Of a stretch of DNA of 64,000 bases, positions 24,424 through 38,100 are shown one piece after another. Numbering within the stretch: position 1 is the stretch's first letter; every line of letters starts with the position of its first letter. The notes under the pieces were generated by a model. That model saw only the letters and a program-made list of their open reading frames with translations. It searched no databases and had not been told where the DNA came from. The stretch is from Balanoglossus misakiensis (Eukaryota; Animalia; Hemichordata), in assembly GCA_040954595.2 (NCBI GenBank), contig CM082593.2, positions 7,414,043 through 7,478,042 on the forward strand. The letters run 5' to 3'. The position numbers and the translations under genes were made by a program.

Positions 24424-26379
24424 ATCTAGTTCCTTAACTAGAAGCAGGAAGATGTCAATTTTTGTATTGTAGTTTTAAGGACTTTGGTTTCCAGAACTTT
24501 ACGGGGTCACTCGCGGCCAACAGACCTATTGTGGCCGGGTAATGGCCTGAGATTGACCTATTGCTGATAAGCCCGCAATCGCTCTATTGCAATATTCGTT
24601 GTGTGTTGGTTGCACCATGGACCCTTTCTCTAAGGTCTATGGTTGCACAAAATAATCGTTTATGTTGTAAGATATTGTTTCAGGACGGTGGCGCAATTCG
24701 CAATACCCAAATTTCAACCAATCGATGATAAAAACGCGATCGCGAACTTGAAAGCATACCACTGGGTAATTTGGTGGATAGGCGTTCAATACTCTGTACC
24801 GGTATAGTCAGAAAATATTTTCCTCTTTCCGTGAATGTCATTTCTTGTCATTCAAGTTGTAGGTAGATTTGGGGATTCTCCTTTAAGTACAAGGATAATA
24901 TAACCCGTTATATAGGGATCACCGTGCTTGTTTTTGAAATACAAGATATTGAATTTAGTCGATAATGAAAAAAAAACAAAAAAAAAACGCTGAGTCCTCA
25001 TTTTTTCTCGCACGGTTTGTCACTCTATGGGTGAACACATTCAATAAAGGTTATCTCAAAATTGAGTACGGTGACCATGCAATTTTATTCGACCACTGAA
25101 TTTAATTTTGTTTCGCTGAGATATGTGTTAAACTTCTAGTTTTGTTATTGTTCTATTCAAAGACACATTCACACGCTGATTTCAATGTCCGAATACGCCA
25201 GGTTTCACGTTCAAAGTCAATCCACTATAGGCTAGCTGCTGGTTTATTTGTATAGTATGTGTATTCGCCATATCAGTGGGTAGCAAAAACATCCCGTGAA
25301 TCAGCTATAAGATATTGTGTTGACAAGCTGGTGTTTGATCTTTCAAAATAATACGAAAAGCTGAACTACTACCGTTTCCCCGAAATCAGAGATATCCAAT
25401 ATTAGGCGACCTTGGGTTAAATTACGACAATCCGGGTCAGTGATCTTGACCGACCGGATGGACACTCCAGTCATTGGTCGGGATTCAACTTTTCTCCAGT
25501 AACCCCGTTACATAACTTTTCGATTGTAACAATGGAAATAATTCCAAGAATTTCCAAGAAATGTCACTGTGTGGGGAAAAACTTTATAACAATTATCAGC
25601 TGGAATTTCAAATACTATCCCAGTTCGCGCTTTTTCTAATTGTACGTCAAATGTCCAACCAGGGTTTCCGTGATCGCACTGCTTGCTCGCGTTTCTCGTC
25701 CGTGGCGTCCAGGCCTCTTTATACATACGCACGTTATCATCGAAAACCAGTCGGGCAAGCGATACTGCGACCCACCTTGCCTGTATTAACCCGATTCATG
25801 TGGTCCTACATTTGGCTGGAAAAATGTGACAAATGAAATACAATATCACTAAGCTTCGACGCAACAGTATAGGTCTGCATGGCCTGTAGCCTACTCAATG
25901 CAGGGCGGTCACAAAAGTTGAGAGGTCCCCGTCAATGTTTTTTTTGCAACTTTCCCACCTGTCTAAGAGAAAAGGTCGGTGTGTTACAATACACGCCTTG
26001 AAAAGGTTTCACATCCTATGTCCTGACTGCTTCCAATCTACTTGAAAACTTCTCGGACATAGTCGTACGTGTTAAAACAAAAAAACTTCCTCACGGTAGC
26101 CGGAAGATTGGAGAAGCCCGGGGAAATTGACAAAGATTCATCATCTTTTGTATCAGATCATTTCTGCTCTGTATTGAAAAAGTCTAAAGTGATTTCAGAC
26201 ATTATCACGAATGATCTGTACGAATGATTTAGTACTTTACAATTAAATAGTTTGATTTTTTCCGACATAGGCCTAAGCATCTAATTGGCAAATATTTTGA
26301 TGCAATGCAATTCGCAATACCCAAATTTCAATACAATCCGAATAACTGTGCGCAGCCCGAGTGCAGTGTCGAATAGAAC

Positions 26380-26575
26380 GAGGAGAGAACCACGAACAAA
26401 CTAGCGGAAGTTCGTCCCAGAAAACGGGAAGTCCCCGAACAACTGCTAAAAATAGAGTAATGAATAGAGGAAACATCATTACGTCATTTGACCGTTTTCG
26501 CCGCATTACAGCCAAGGAAAATAGCCGTCACATAGGTTAAAGGCGTAATTATCAGCGTTTCATCATCACTGATCG
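26380..26575 (+). promoter_or_regulatory. Putative IKK promoter and non-coding first exon
   Basis: CpG-rich, with ETS-like GGAAG sites and a CRE-like TTACGTCA. There is a strong donor tcg|GTAAGT at 26575/26576, and the ATG-containing IKK exon is preceded by an acceptor (ttttttcag at 29068). Base composition becomes CpG-poor downstream. Confidence 0.4.
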
Positions 26576-27013
26576 GTAAGTACGAGATTCAAGAGTCGCT
26601 TTTAGCGGAAACCCTTGCGAATGCGGAAGTCGCAATCGGGAGACCAGGAGTGTCTGGACTGAAGACTCGACCTATATTCTCTGGACTTGAACATTTCAAA
26701 AACAGTCCGGGCAGCAAAGAACCTTAATCTAAGAGTAAGACCTGTTCTTTAGTTTCTACGCTAGACGACATCAAACTAATTTATTCAATTTCAAACCAGT
26801 TCCCAAGGACGCTGTGCAGTATACACCGTCGAAGACGAGGTACACCTCAATGTTAGGTCTAAACAGCGGCAGACTCTTTCAACGGTTTATCATGCCACGC
26901 AATTTTGTGGACAATGAAACTGTCTACAAGTGTAGTGTGGTGCGAGGCATGTTACACCAACATAGAGGACCTATGATAATGTTATCACCAAAATATGAAG
27001 CATGGATACCCAC

Positions 27014-27085
27014 TAGCTCTGCGTACAGGTCTGTGTGTTCCCGGCGTTACACGGCCTCCACCACACAGACCTGTACGCAGAGCTA
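27014..27085. mobile_element. 72-bp hairpin MITE TAG...CTA with perfect 10-bp TSD
   Basis: ggatacccac|tagctctgcgtacaggtctgtgtg...cacacagacctgtacgcagagcta|ggatacccac. Confidence 0.85.
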
Positions 27086-28587
27086 GGATACCCACCCAAC
27101 AGGGCATGGCATAGATGGACGCTCTTGCCATACTATGGGCTAGAAATGGAGGTAGCACCCTACCAGAAATGTACCCCCATTCACCAGAGGGGTCAGCTGT
27201 CTCTGTCATGGCTTTCCTGAAGCCCCTCCCACTCTTTCAAAATAAGGGCCCCTCCCCCAAATATACCTACATTTCCTTATCATAAGCTCCAACCTTTCTG
27301 TACCATCATGGTTCATATGCAGATCATAAAGTAGAGTGCCAGTGCACCAAGTGTAGTGACAGCCTTTGTTTGTTTTTGGAGGAGGTTCACGTACGGTAGC
27401 ATTTTATAAAACAAAACAAAACAACTGGCCCTTGCAGAGGGAAGATGAAGACTGAGATACTGTACACGCTCCTACTGAATCGTTAACAAAAATACTCAGA
27501 CCCAAACACTTAAAAAAGACTACAGAGATACAATACATCTTACCTCATTGTTGTATTACATGCATGATATTTTTAGTACTAATGTGTGTAAGATAGTAAG
27601 TTTATGCATAACCCAGGTGTCCAGTGACAGCTTACCGATAACTTAACATCATCCCAGAACCACTACAGTATAGTTGCCAAACACTAGCCCAATATAATCC
27701 CAGTGATGCCGGTCCAGTGTTAAGCCAATGCTAACCCAGTGCTAACTCAATCAAGACCAAGAATTAGCCAAGTACGACTTCAAGTCGTGGGCAGCATAGT
27801 AGGCGTAGCCAAAACTATTAGTGCAAGACTACCTGTCTGCCTAATTGCAGATTGGCATCAACCCATTGTCAGCCCAGTTGCTAGTCTTGTGATGGCCAAA
27901 TATCAGCATTGTGCTAACCCGAGCATATATACCTATGACATCAACAGAGAACAAGTTCTTGGTCATTGGGAATGGCAGTTTTAGATGAATTAAGAAGGAA
28001 ATAAACACTGCATGATGAAGGGCCTGATTCACAATGACGGGAGTATGGATATTTGTCATAAACAAGTATCATGGGAAGCCCCTTGACACTGTGTATGTAG
28101 CAATAAATTAAGATGTATACCTCTCCTTTGTCACATTTCATAGTGGATCCTCGCTGCCAGCATAGTCAATGTAAGCATTTCAGTCGTATTGTACATTTTT
28201 GGATCACTAACCAAAGTTGGGTGAGTTCATTCACTACTGAGTGATTGTAGCTAAATTCTATCATCAAATATGCCAAATTTATGTTTTTTACGTAGAGTTT
28301 CTACAAAAAACAATTTCCAGGTTCACAGTTCCTTGTACATGTTTTTCCTGTGCTTTGGGTTCTTGGCATGTACATGAAGATCATACTCTTTTCGTTGCAA
28401 TACTTGATAGATATCTGCAGGGAAACAAAACTAATTCATGTACATGTACATTGGTTGCATTGGTGACTGAAGCATGAAGAAGTTGTTTTGTTCATGTATA
28501 TTATATAGGCCGTGACATTATAGTTTCTATTCTTTAGGATATGAAAATCTAAGTTTATCATCAATAGAGGACCACACTATGCCTTAA

Positions 28588-28822
28588 AGTGAAGGGGTCG
28601 TCGCGCCGCGTTTGTTTGTTTATAAACATTAGAATTCATCTACAAATCCCTGAAATAAGATCATTCTTAGAATGAACGAAGCAGCCAACCGTAGTGTAGA
28701 CTGGGCATGACAGCAACTGAAGATCCTAGTAGGTCTTGGCGACTGCAGTGAGGTTTGTGCTGGTATGGGAGGACTTGTTCTCTTCAAGGTGGACACCCAC
28801 GCGGCGCGACGACCGCTTCCCT
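28588..28822. mobile_element. TTAA-flanked MITE (Kolobok/T2-like), family D copy 1
   Basis: ttaa|agtgaaggggtcgtcgcgccgcgt ... acgcggcgcgacgaccgcttccct|ttaa. Near-identical copy at 57127-57371. Confidence 0.8.
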
Positions 28823-29100
28823 TTAAATTGAAGGATCCCATGGCAGAAAATATAGGTTTTAGAGCATAAACATTCAAAAGAAAACTTAAAACTCATATGT
28901 TCGAAAGAGCATACAGTGTGGTTTAATCATGAATGTCATTGGGCAAAATTTCTTGTTTTGGATTTTGGCGCTACATAAACTTTTGTTTGTTGATCGTTGT
29001 TGAAACACAGTGTAATAAAATGCCATGAATCCGGGGTTAACATTTATGGGAAATGTGTTTTTTTTCAGTTGTAGATTTGATAGATGTATACTGTGGTGCT

Positions 29101-32100
29101 ATGACGAACCCGGTGAGATATCAAACACGGAAGGCTGAACGAGATGGATGGGAGTGCAAGTCGAATATAGGATCGGGTGGCTTTGGCACCGTCCTGCTGT
29201 GGGAAAACAAGGTGAGTGAGATGATTGTTTTTTGTCGATGGTGCGGTGTATGTAATTAGCCTTGGAGCCTGGCACATCTGGGGAAGTTGAGTTCTTGCCA
29301 AGCTAGCTGTGTGAAATGTATCTCTGTTAACGTTGCTTTCACATATTCCTGATGTATGATGATAATACATGTACCGGTACTAGAAGTTGCATGGCAGTGT
29401 CACTGTGTGGATCCACGTTTTCTATCCATCAACATAAAAAACCATAAAAGTGTGTGTGTGTGTGTGGGGGGGGGGGATAAATTGTTACAAAACATTTGAT
29501 ACAATTTGTCAAAACTATCGGGTATTTTACTACATGTATAATATTTTCACTCACAAGAAATTTGTACATTTATATTATAAAATTTCATGAGATTTTCATG
29601 TGAATTTCATTGGTAGAGTTTGAGTAACGATGAATGATTTGCATATATGAAATCACTGGCCTGACTGGTCATTGTTTCTGCAATACTCATGAATATTAAT
29701 GTGGCGATGGCTAAGGCTTTGATTGTACATAGCTGATCCGTAAGTAATTGTTAAATTTCTTTGGTACTGATATGTCCATTGAAGTTTCAAATTATGATTT
29801 TTGATCTAAAAACAGCATACGAAAGAACAGCTGGCTCTGAAGCAATGTCGCCTGGCATTGGAAGGAAAACACAAAAAGAGATGGCAGTTGGAAGTCACCA
29901 TTATGCAGAGGTTGGATCATCCCAACGTTGTCACGGCAATTGGCGTTCCGGATGCTCTCCTGCCACCGGAAGGGGAACTTCCGAGACTGGCAATGGAATA
30001 CTGTTCCGGGGGAGATCTCAGAAAGGTAGGGGGAATTCAGTGACGTGGTCTTGATCTGGCAAGTTTCCTGTTTTCATTGTGAAATTCATCTTGGAATCTA
30101 TGTGTGCTTAATTTTTTGCTTTCACTTTTGTCTGTCATAAATAGCACCAATGCCAGTATTTCAGAACTGCCATTGTCGAATTGCAGCATGATTGCAATCA
30201 TGTAGTCACACCTTGTGCCAGCAACTGTGCTGAGCTTGTACGAAAGAAGTGCTGAAAATGTGCTAAGATCTTGAATCGGGTAAAATACATCAGTGTTTTC
30301 TTCTAGACAGGGCCCGGGGGGATTCACCCCCTGTTGACATGTTGGCACCCCCAGAAATGTGTCAAGGGGGACCAGTGCCCCTTCAAATGATGTCACTCAC
30401 ATGTTAGAGATATTACATTGCCAGAGTGGAATCCCCCAAATATTCTGGCAAAGGGGGAAATATCCCTCCTGTTGATGCCATCCTGGATGGAGCACTTGTG
30501 CAAATATTTATATTAAAGGTATACGGTCACCTATGGAAAATTAGCCATATATACCATGGCAAATTGCGATCTAGCCAATCACAGATTTTCAGTGGGTGGC
30601 ACACGCGAAAAAAAGAGCGCCACCATATGTTCTTTAGAACGCCCAAATACTCCATTTCAGCCATATATGGGCGTATGTAAATTGGAGGTGACTGTATACC
30701 TTTAATGAATTTATAACCTCCCTGTATTTCTCTTAGTTGCTGAACAAGCCAGAAAATTGCTGCGGTCTGAGAGAAAACACAGTTCAAGACATCCTCCATG
30801 ATATAGCAGGCGCAATAGAGTACCTGCACTCAAGACGGATAATTCACAGAGACTTGAAACCGGAAAATATTGTCTTACAGCATACTGAGAAAGGGGTATG
30901 TATTCTCACATGGTATTTCCACTATTGTACTTACATGACTGTTAGCCATCTCAGTGTAATGACATGTTCTGTCAGGTGACCAATGTTCTGTGAGGTAGAA
31001 TACTTGCTTGGAATGGTTCTAGGAAAGTCACCCCCTGGACATTTACTCAATGAATCCTGACCCTATCCCAAACATTAGACCTGTCTGGTTGGTGGTTTAT
31101 TTCCAGGGGTACCCACCCTGATACTCTTAGAAATTATCCTCTTTTGTGCTTGGAATGGCAAAGATCAGGATTCAGTGCTCATGATCTCTTAAATAGAATG
31201 CATTCAGAAGAGATTCTGAGTTTTAAAAAAAATTGTGCAAAGTGAAATGACTACTGTGGTTTAGAATGGAGGTTGTAATGCCAGTAATTTTGATGATGAT
31301 TCCACCCAAAAAATACCTTGTGTGTGTTAGTCCTAGTGGGAAAAACTTCATACAATTGTTTGGCACACATTTGAAGTTAATGCAACATTGTCTGAATTCA
31401 ATTGATTTTTGTCTTGATTTTCCCCCCAGATACTTTATAAAGTCATAGACTTGGGTTATGCCAAAGAGTTAGATGAAGGCAGTCTGTGTACATCTTTCGT
31501 AGGAACACTGCAATATTTGGTAAGAACGTTATTCCATCACAGTGTCAGTGAGATTTAGTTGGCTGGTGGTATATGAATGCAGTCATATATATACATGTAT
31601 ATATTGGGTAACTGATGTGTTGATAGTGGGGTTAAAGGTAAACGATCACCTATGGAAAACTAGCGACAGTTACCATGGCAAATTGAGATCTAGCCAATCA
31701 CTGATTTTCAGTGGGTGGCACACGCAAATAAAGAGCGCCACCATATGTTCTTTAGAACGCTCAAACACTCCATTTCAGCCATATAAGGGTGTATGTAAAT
31801 TGGTGACTGTATACCTTTAACAAAACATATTGTAAGTTGTGATAATGTTTTCTCGATGTAAACATACCGATTGTATTAGTTTCAGACCGAACTTGCCAAA
31901 GTTATCATATTTTAAATTTACAATATTATCTTACAGGCACCAGAATTATTCTCCAACAAAGAGTACACAAAGTCTGTGGACTATTGGAGTTTTGGCAATG
32001 TCATCTATGAGTGTGTCACAGGGTACAGACCTTTCCTACCCAACCTTCCACCAGTGAAATGGTAATTATAAAATTCTTAGTGCAGTTACCCCAGTGTGTT

Positions 32101-35100
32101 CTGGAACAAGCATGATTTCGTCACAAGGAAAGCCTTGCATGAATTTGAGTTTCTGAAAATGTCGTATTGACTTAGAAGGCATACCAAATGACACCTGTCT
32201 AAGCTGGAAACCTGCATTACATAATGGTAGTGGTGCAGTAAACATTTTATGCTGCTTGGATGCGTAAAATATGCAAAGTAGAAGTACACTCTGATAGTTC
32301 TCAAATAAATGTACTCTTCAATATATCTTCATTTGAAAGTCAATGTCATTTGATTTTAAAACTTAATTTCATGTGTTTCACTTCAAATTAAAAAAATTTT
32401 TTTTCTTAATCTGCTAGGCATGGTATAATTATGCAGAAAAAGGATGATGATATATGTGCATACGTTGATATGCAAGGTATGTGGGGCGGATATGCCCTTT
32501 AACCGTATATGGGCATATGTAAATTAGAGTTTAAACTGTCTATTTCAGATTTTTGTGTGTGAAACTTTCGAAACTGCATTATTTGCGCAAAAATATACTA
32601 TCAGTATGACACATCACCTTTCTGGTGGTGTTTGTATTGTGATATAATCCAATATGGTGTCAGGTTGACTTCTGGCAATATTTTTTTAAAATCTGTCTGT
32701 CCAATGGGGACTAGGTAGTACAAGTTACGATGTGTACTCTTTTTTTAATTTCAGGTGATATAAAATTTTCACCATTGATACTAAGTCCAAATCATCTTTG
32801 TCAGTAAGTTATATTTTATTTATTAGAGCAATAATGATTACAACAATAAAATTTGTTATCATTGTCTGCATGAGAGAGCCAAATTATGTCAAATTTGAAA
32901 TTCAAAATGGCTGCCAATCTTTATGTTCACTCTGTGGTGAAAATTTATTTATCAATTTTTATAGAACCAAAACAGTGAACATCCTGTTTTCTTCTCTGCT
33001 TTTAAAAATACTCCTGACACACTTTAATATAGCAAAGAATTGAAATGTGTGGAGGAATTTTTTTCAAAAATCTGAAAATCTGTCCCGAGGTGCACACTAC
33101 CCTAAAAACCACCTTTCATCTTCAGACCGTTCAGAGAAGCCCTTGAGAAATGGCTGAAGCTAATGCTGATGTGGAATCCCAAGCGACGAGGCGGCCAACT
33201 GGATGAAGTGCAGAAAAGGCCAAAATCCTACATAATGATTGATAACACCGTCGACATGAAGGTAGGGGTCATGAACAGTCGTGTTCTACTCCAAACAGCA
33301 TGCTAATACAGTCGAACCTGTCTATAGTGGCCAGTCAAGGGACTTTCCAAAACTGGCTTTTATTGACAGGTGGCCTTTATAGACAGGTCAATTAATGCAT
33401 ATGTAAACTGCACAGGGACTTAACAAAGTGGCCACTATATAGAGGTTGCCAGTATAGAGAGGTGGCCACTAACACAGGTTTGACTGTATACGCAGTATTC
33501 CAATTGTCACCATAGTCTGTATGTGTGTAACAACCATTGTTATTGTTGACAAATGAATTCTAGTCTGGACTTGAATTCAAATTTTGAACAATAACAATAC
33601 TGGCTATACACATATAGGTTGTGTTGATAAGCTAAACACTGGGCATATCGCCCATTTTTAGGAATTTGAACGAGAAACTGTAGGAGATACAAGAAACAAA
33701 AATACTAAAAACATAGCGAAAAGTTAATGAAGCTTTAATATAAATGACCACCATTTCTGTTTTTCAGGTTGCCCATATTTATTGCATTCACACCAATAGA
33801 GTGTTGTCGTACGTTGTGTCGGAGAGCATCACAATGCTTGCGGTTCAGACAATACTGGCAAAGCATTCTGGGATACCCGTCAAAGAGCAAGAGCTACTGT
33901 TGGCGTCGGGGGTGTCGTATGATCCACGACAGCCCTCGATTCAGCTGTGGTCAGAATCCTTGGAGGTGAGTGCATTCTATTCAGAGTAACTTACTTAAAG
34001 GGACAAAGTCTCTCTCTCTCCCTGCTCTTCTCCATTAATATATGTTTGATACAAGACACCGTTTATGTTATTCTACATGTGGATATATAGTGAATCAATG
34101 TTCGACCACACACAACTTCCACCCAACTTGCAGACACAATAGTGAAAAACTCACCAAAATGAATAATCAGTATCTACCATTTATTTATTTTGGGCAAGTT
34201 TTTACTCTCATATCCTACAAACGGGATGGAAGTTGTGTGTGATCGAACATTCATTCACTATATATCCACATGTAGAATAACATAAACGGTGTCTTGTATC
34301 AAATATAATTAATGGAAAAGGGCAGCGAGAGAGAGACTTTGTCCCTTTAATTGGCGTACATTCAGCCATTTTGGATTTCAAACTTGAATTGTGATCAAGA
34401 TATTTAATTTTGAAACCAGCACACAAGTGTTGTATATTCACAAAGAACCTGTATCTTTCTTTTCCAGGGACACGAAAACTTTGTATTCCTATTCAGAAGT
34501 AATTCCGCTCAGAATGTATCCAACGACAGGCATATACCAGAACTTGTGCAATGTATGAGTAAGTGTCAAACCGCTCCACCAATTGCATTGCAGCCTTCTA
34601 TTCAAGTCGACCAATCAGCAGCAGTCTCCTCCAAATCGGCCAATCGCGTGGCACTTTTTCAGATTTCAAAATGACTGAAGATACATCAGCAGATTCTGCA
34701 AGTGAACCAAACCATACTTACCATCAAAATCCAGCATAACCTATTGATTGTGGCTGTCTGTTATCAAGAAAAGTGGTAAAACCTTCCTACAACAGGCATC
34801 ATAGGGATTTAGACAAGTGTTAGGTTGGCCGATATGTTTAAACACTGAGGTTCTTTATTACACAGTGTATGTGAAGGGGGTTGGAAGAGGTGTTCAGTGT
34901 AGACATGTTTTCCAGGTTATTTTGACAGATTCCATTCTAGATTGTCAGCTTCACGTTAAGCTCATCTAGGTCTCTGTTTCGGACATCTTTGCCTCCTTAG
35001 ATCATCAGAACAAGACCTTATTCTGTTTACTTCTGTTTACTCGTTTCAGTTTCAGAACCACAGACATTGTTACCGTATGACGAACACAGGAAAACCTGGG

Positions 35101-38100
35101 CCCAGGCTGTGTACTTCTGTGGTCAGCAAACACTAACTTATCAAAGACAACTGCAAGCTCAAAGAGCTGCAATGTAAGTCATAAATCCTTTCAAAGTGTT
35201 TGAAAATGAATTTTGCATATAAATGTAAAATACCAGTTTAATGAATATTCTCAGTAAATAGAAAGGTATATCTGTTGAAAGGGGTAATGACCTTTCATTA
35301 TTTTCTGGTATTTCTGTCAATCATTGAACTGTCTTGAACTTTGACCTTTGACCTCCCACCACAGGATGAGTCTCCTACGATTCAACTCAAACCTGAGTAA
35401 GTTAAAAAGCCAGATGACAGAAGACTGCCACAAAGTTGCAGCGCTGATTGAGTTCTTCAAAATAAGGTGAGTTAAACTCGTATTTGCCGTGTTCTAGGTC
35501 AGCTACCCCCGGACTTTTACCTGTGAATCACTGATTCCGCTATCCCCAGCCTTGACTGGGGAGGGGAATATCCAGGGGGTGGCCATCCTAAATACAAGTT
35601 ACCATACATAACTCTTTTTAGGGAAGCTATGTGTGTTTCAGAAGCTTAACAGACCAGTGAAAAGACTTTGTGTACTTTGCTATGTACACTTACATATGGC
35701 ATAATCTGCAGTACAGGAATATTCACATTTAAAGGTATACATTCACCAATGGAAAATTAGCTATAGTTACCATAGCAAATTGAGATCTAGCCAATCACAG
35801 ATTTTCAGTGGGTGGCACACGCGAAAAAAAGAGCGCCACCATAAGTTCTTTAGAACGCTCAAATACCATATTTCAGCCATATATGGGTGTATGCAAATTG
35901 GAGGTGACTGTATACCTTTACAATGTAATGATGAATAAGTCAATGTCATGAAAGTCGAAGGGTTCATTAATAACCTTTGCATGCATGAATACAAGTCTAC
36001 CATTGTACTGGGAATAAACACTAAACACCATCAATCCACATAAGGGGAGAGTCTGTCAATCTATCAATGTCCTAATGTTCGTGATAATATTTTCCATTTT
36101 AGCCACAAGTTTGACGTCGAGAGCTACCTCAGTCAGGCTGACAATGGAGTGGGTGAGTGTGAATCAAATTCTGGACGAGATGGGCAATTTTTTAATTTTT
36201 CTTCAGTGAGTTTTGCGAGGAATTTCATGAAAATGACATGAAGTAGAAGTTGATTGAATTTTGTCGTTGTTTTATTGTTGTCCATCTGTAGCGTCCGAAA
36301 AACTGTTCAACTCCTGGAAGAAAATGGAAGAGGATTTGGTCAAATATCAGCTGGTAGGTGATGATGAAGTAATGTACATACTATTTAGCAGTAGCATAGA
36401 CATGTATAATAATGTCGAGTCAACCCCATTGAGGCAGTCATTATTGGAGATATCAAATGAAAAACAAATGAAAATGAGGTCAGTTGAGGTCATTTGATTT
36501 TGATGTCCATAGCTTGTGATGAAAGAACACATCCTGTATAAACCAGACACTCTACAGACCTAGGTCCCACACAGACAAATATCTCATTTTCTAATTCTGA
36601 CAGGAATAATTTTATAACTCAACCCCTCCAGTTATGACTTCAAACTCAAATCCCAAACGAATGTCTCTGTTTGCTTCTGCAGCAAGGAGGGGTAAAACAG
36701 CTGGAAGAAAAGGCAATGGCCATGCAGGCCAAGATCATGGAGCTCCAGAAGAGCCCTTACTGCAGGATAAAACAGATGGATGCCCCTGCAGATCTGATTG
36801 CCATGTGAGTCTAGAAAATAGTTCTGATCTAGAAATGAAGTAGCAGCAAAAAAAGTGTGTGAGGAGCCTTTAGAAAACAAAGAAGAAAACAGGGTGATCA
36901 CCGTCTTGTTTTCATGAAAATCGATACTTTAAATTTCCTCCATAGACTTAACCCAGAGATTGGCAGCCATTTTGATTTTCAAATTTGAGACAATTTGACA
37001 CAGTTTTGCTCTGTCGTTCATCATTTAAATTTTTGCACAGTGACCCCAAATTTTTATCCTCAATTGTAAGATAATATAATAAAAAGTTGCTTTGAGCGAA
37101 AAAAGAGAGAAATGTTAAGACTTTGATTTTTGGGGTTCATTCCACCTTCATTGGACGACATCAGTTTCCCCACCCTGAGCATTCACCAACAATTTCTCTT
37201 GCAGACACACAGTTGCATGTGCATGTAAGCAACACTCGCTCCAATGTAAAAACTCTGGTCTTATCTGCACAATTGTTAAAGATTTATTAGAGAGTTTATC
37301 ACACTAATGAGCAGAACACCTGCATACTAATGTCTTGTACGAGTTGTAGTTGAGGAATGCGGGTTAAAATTTTGTTTTCCCCCTTTTTTTCAGTGAAAAG
37401 GAGTCACATGTATTGTTTAACAGACTTCGACAGGCTTCCAAAGGTAAGATTACCTGAAAATTTGCAAACTATCCTTGTTGCATCTCTGAGTATTTTGTTG
37501 GTTATGATATCTGTTCTATTGTAGGGGTTACAAGTATGTCTGTCTTCTGTCTATCTGTCTCTCTCTCCCTCCCCTCTCTATCTCTCTGATGTTTTAGGAA
37601 ACCAACACTGGAGTAGATTTGAGGGTCTTGAAAGGTAAACAATCTCGTATCAATTTGACTTTCAGATCAAAGGCAACAATTCCAAGACAACTCAGAAATG
37701 TATATGGTTGTTGTTAAATGTCTAACCAAGAAGGATACCCTGACAAAGGATCTCTCTGCACATCTTAGGTAAGTGGACATCCCTGTCTTTTTAATGGTCC
37801 CATCTACTCTTATAGATAAGTAGGCATGTTCCATTCTGATTTAGGTGAGGGGCGTGGTGAAATACGGAGTATGGGTGAAATCTGGATTGTGAACTTACCA
37901 CGGTATGAACAATATTAATTCCATTCATGTGTGTTATTAGACTTAGAAATATGTATGTTGCTTATCTGTCTTGACCATCATTGTCTTAAATCAGTGGCTC
38001 GGATTTCTGCCACTGATAGCCCCAAATAAAGTCTTGTTTGATATGCTAAATTTGTAAACTGGATAAAAAAACAGTGACTAACAAGGCTTCATAGATCTCC

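Noticed and set aside
30426-36021. Similar short ORFs repeated three times (...[17 protein letters not shown]...)
   Set aside because: They are translations of MITE family B copies, not a gene family.
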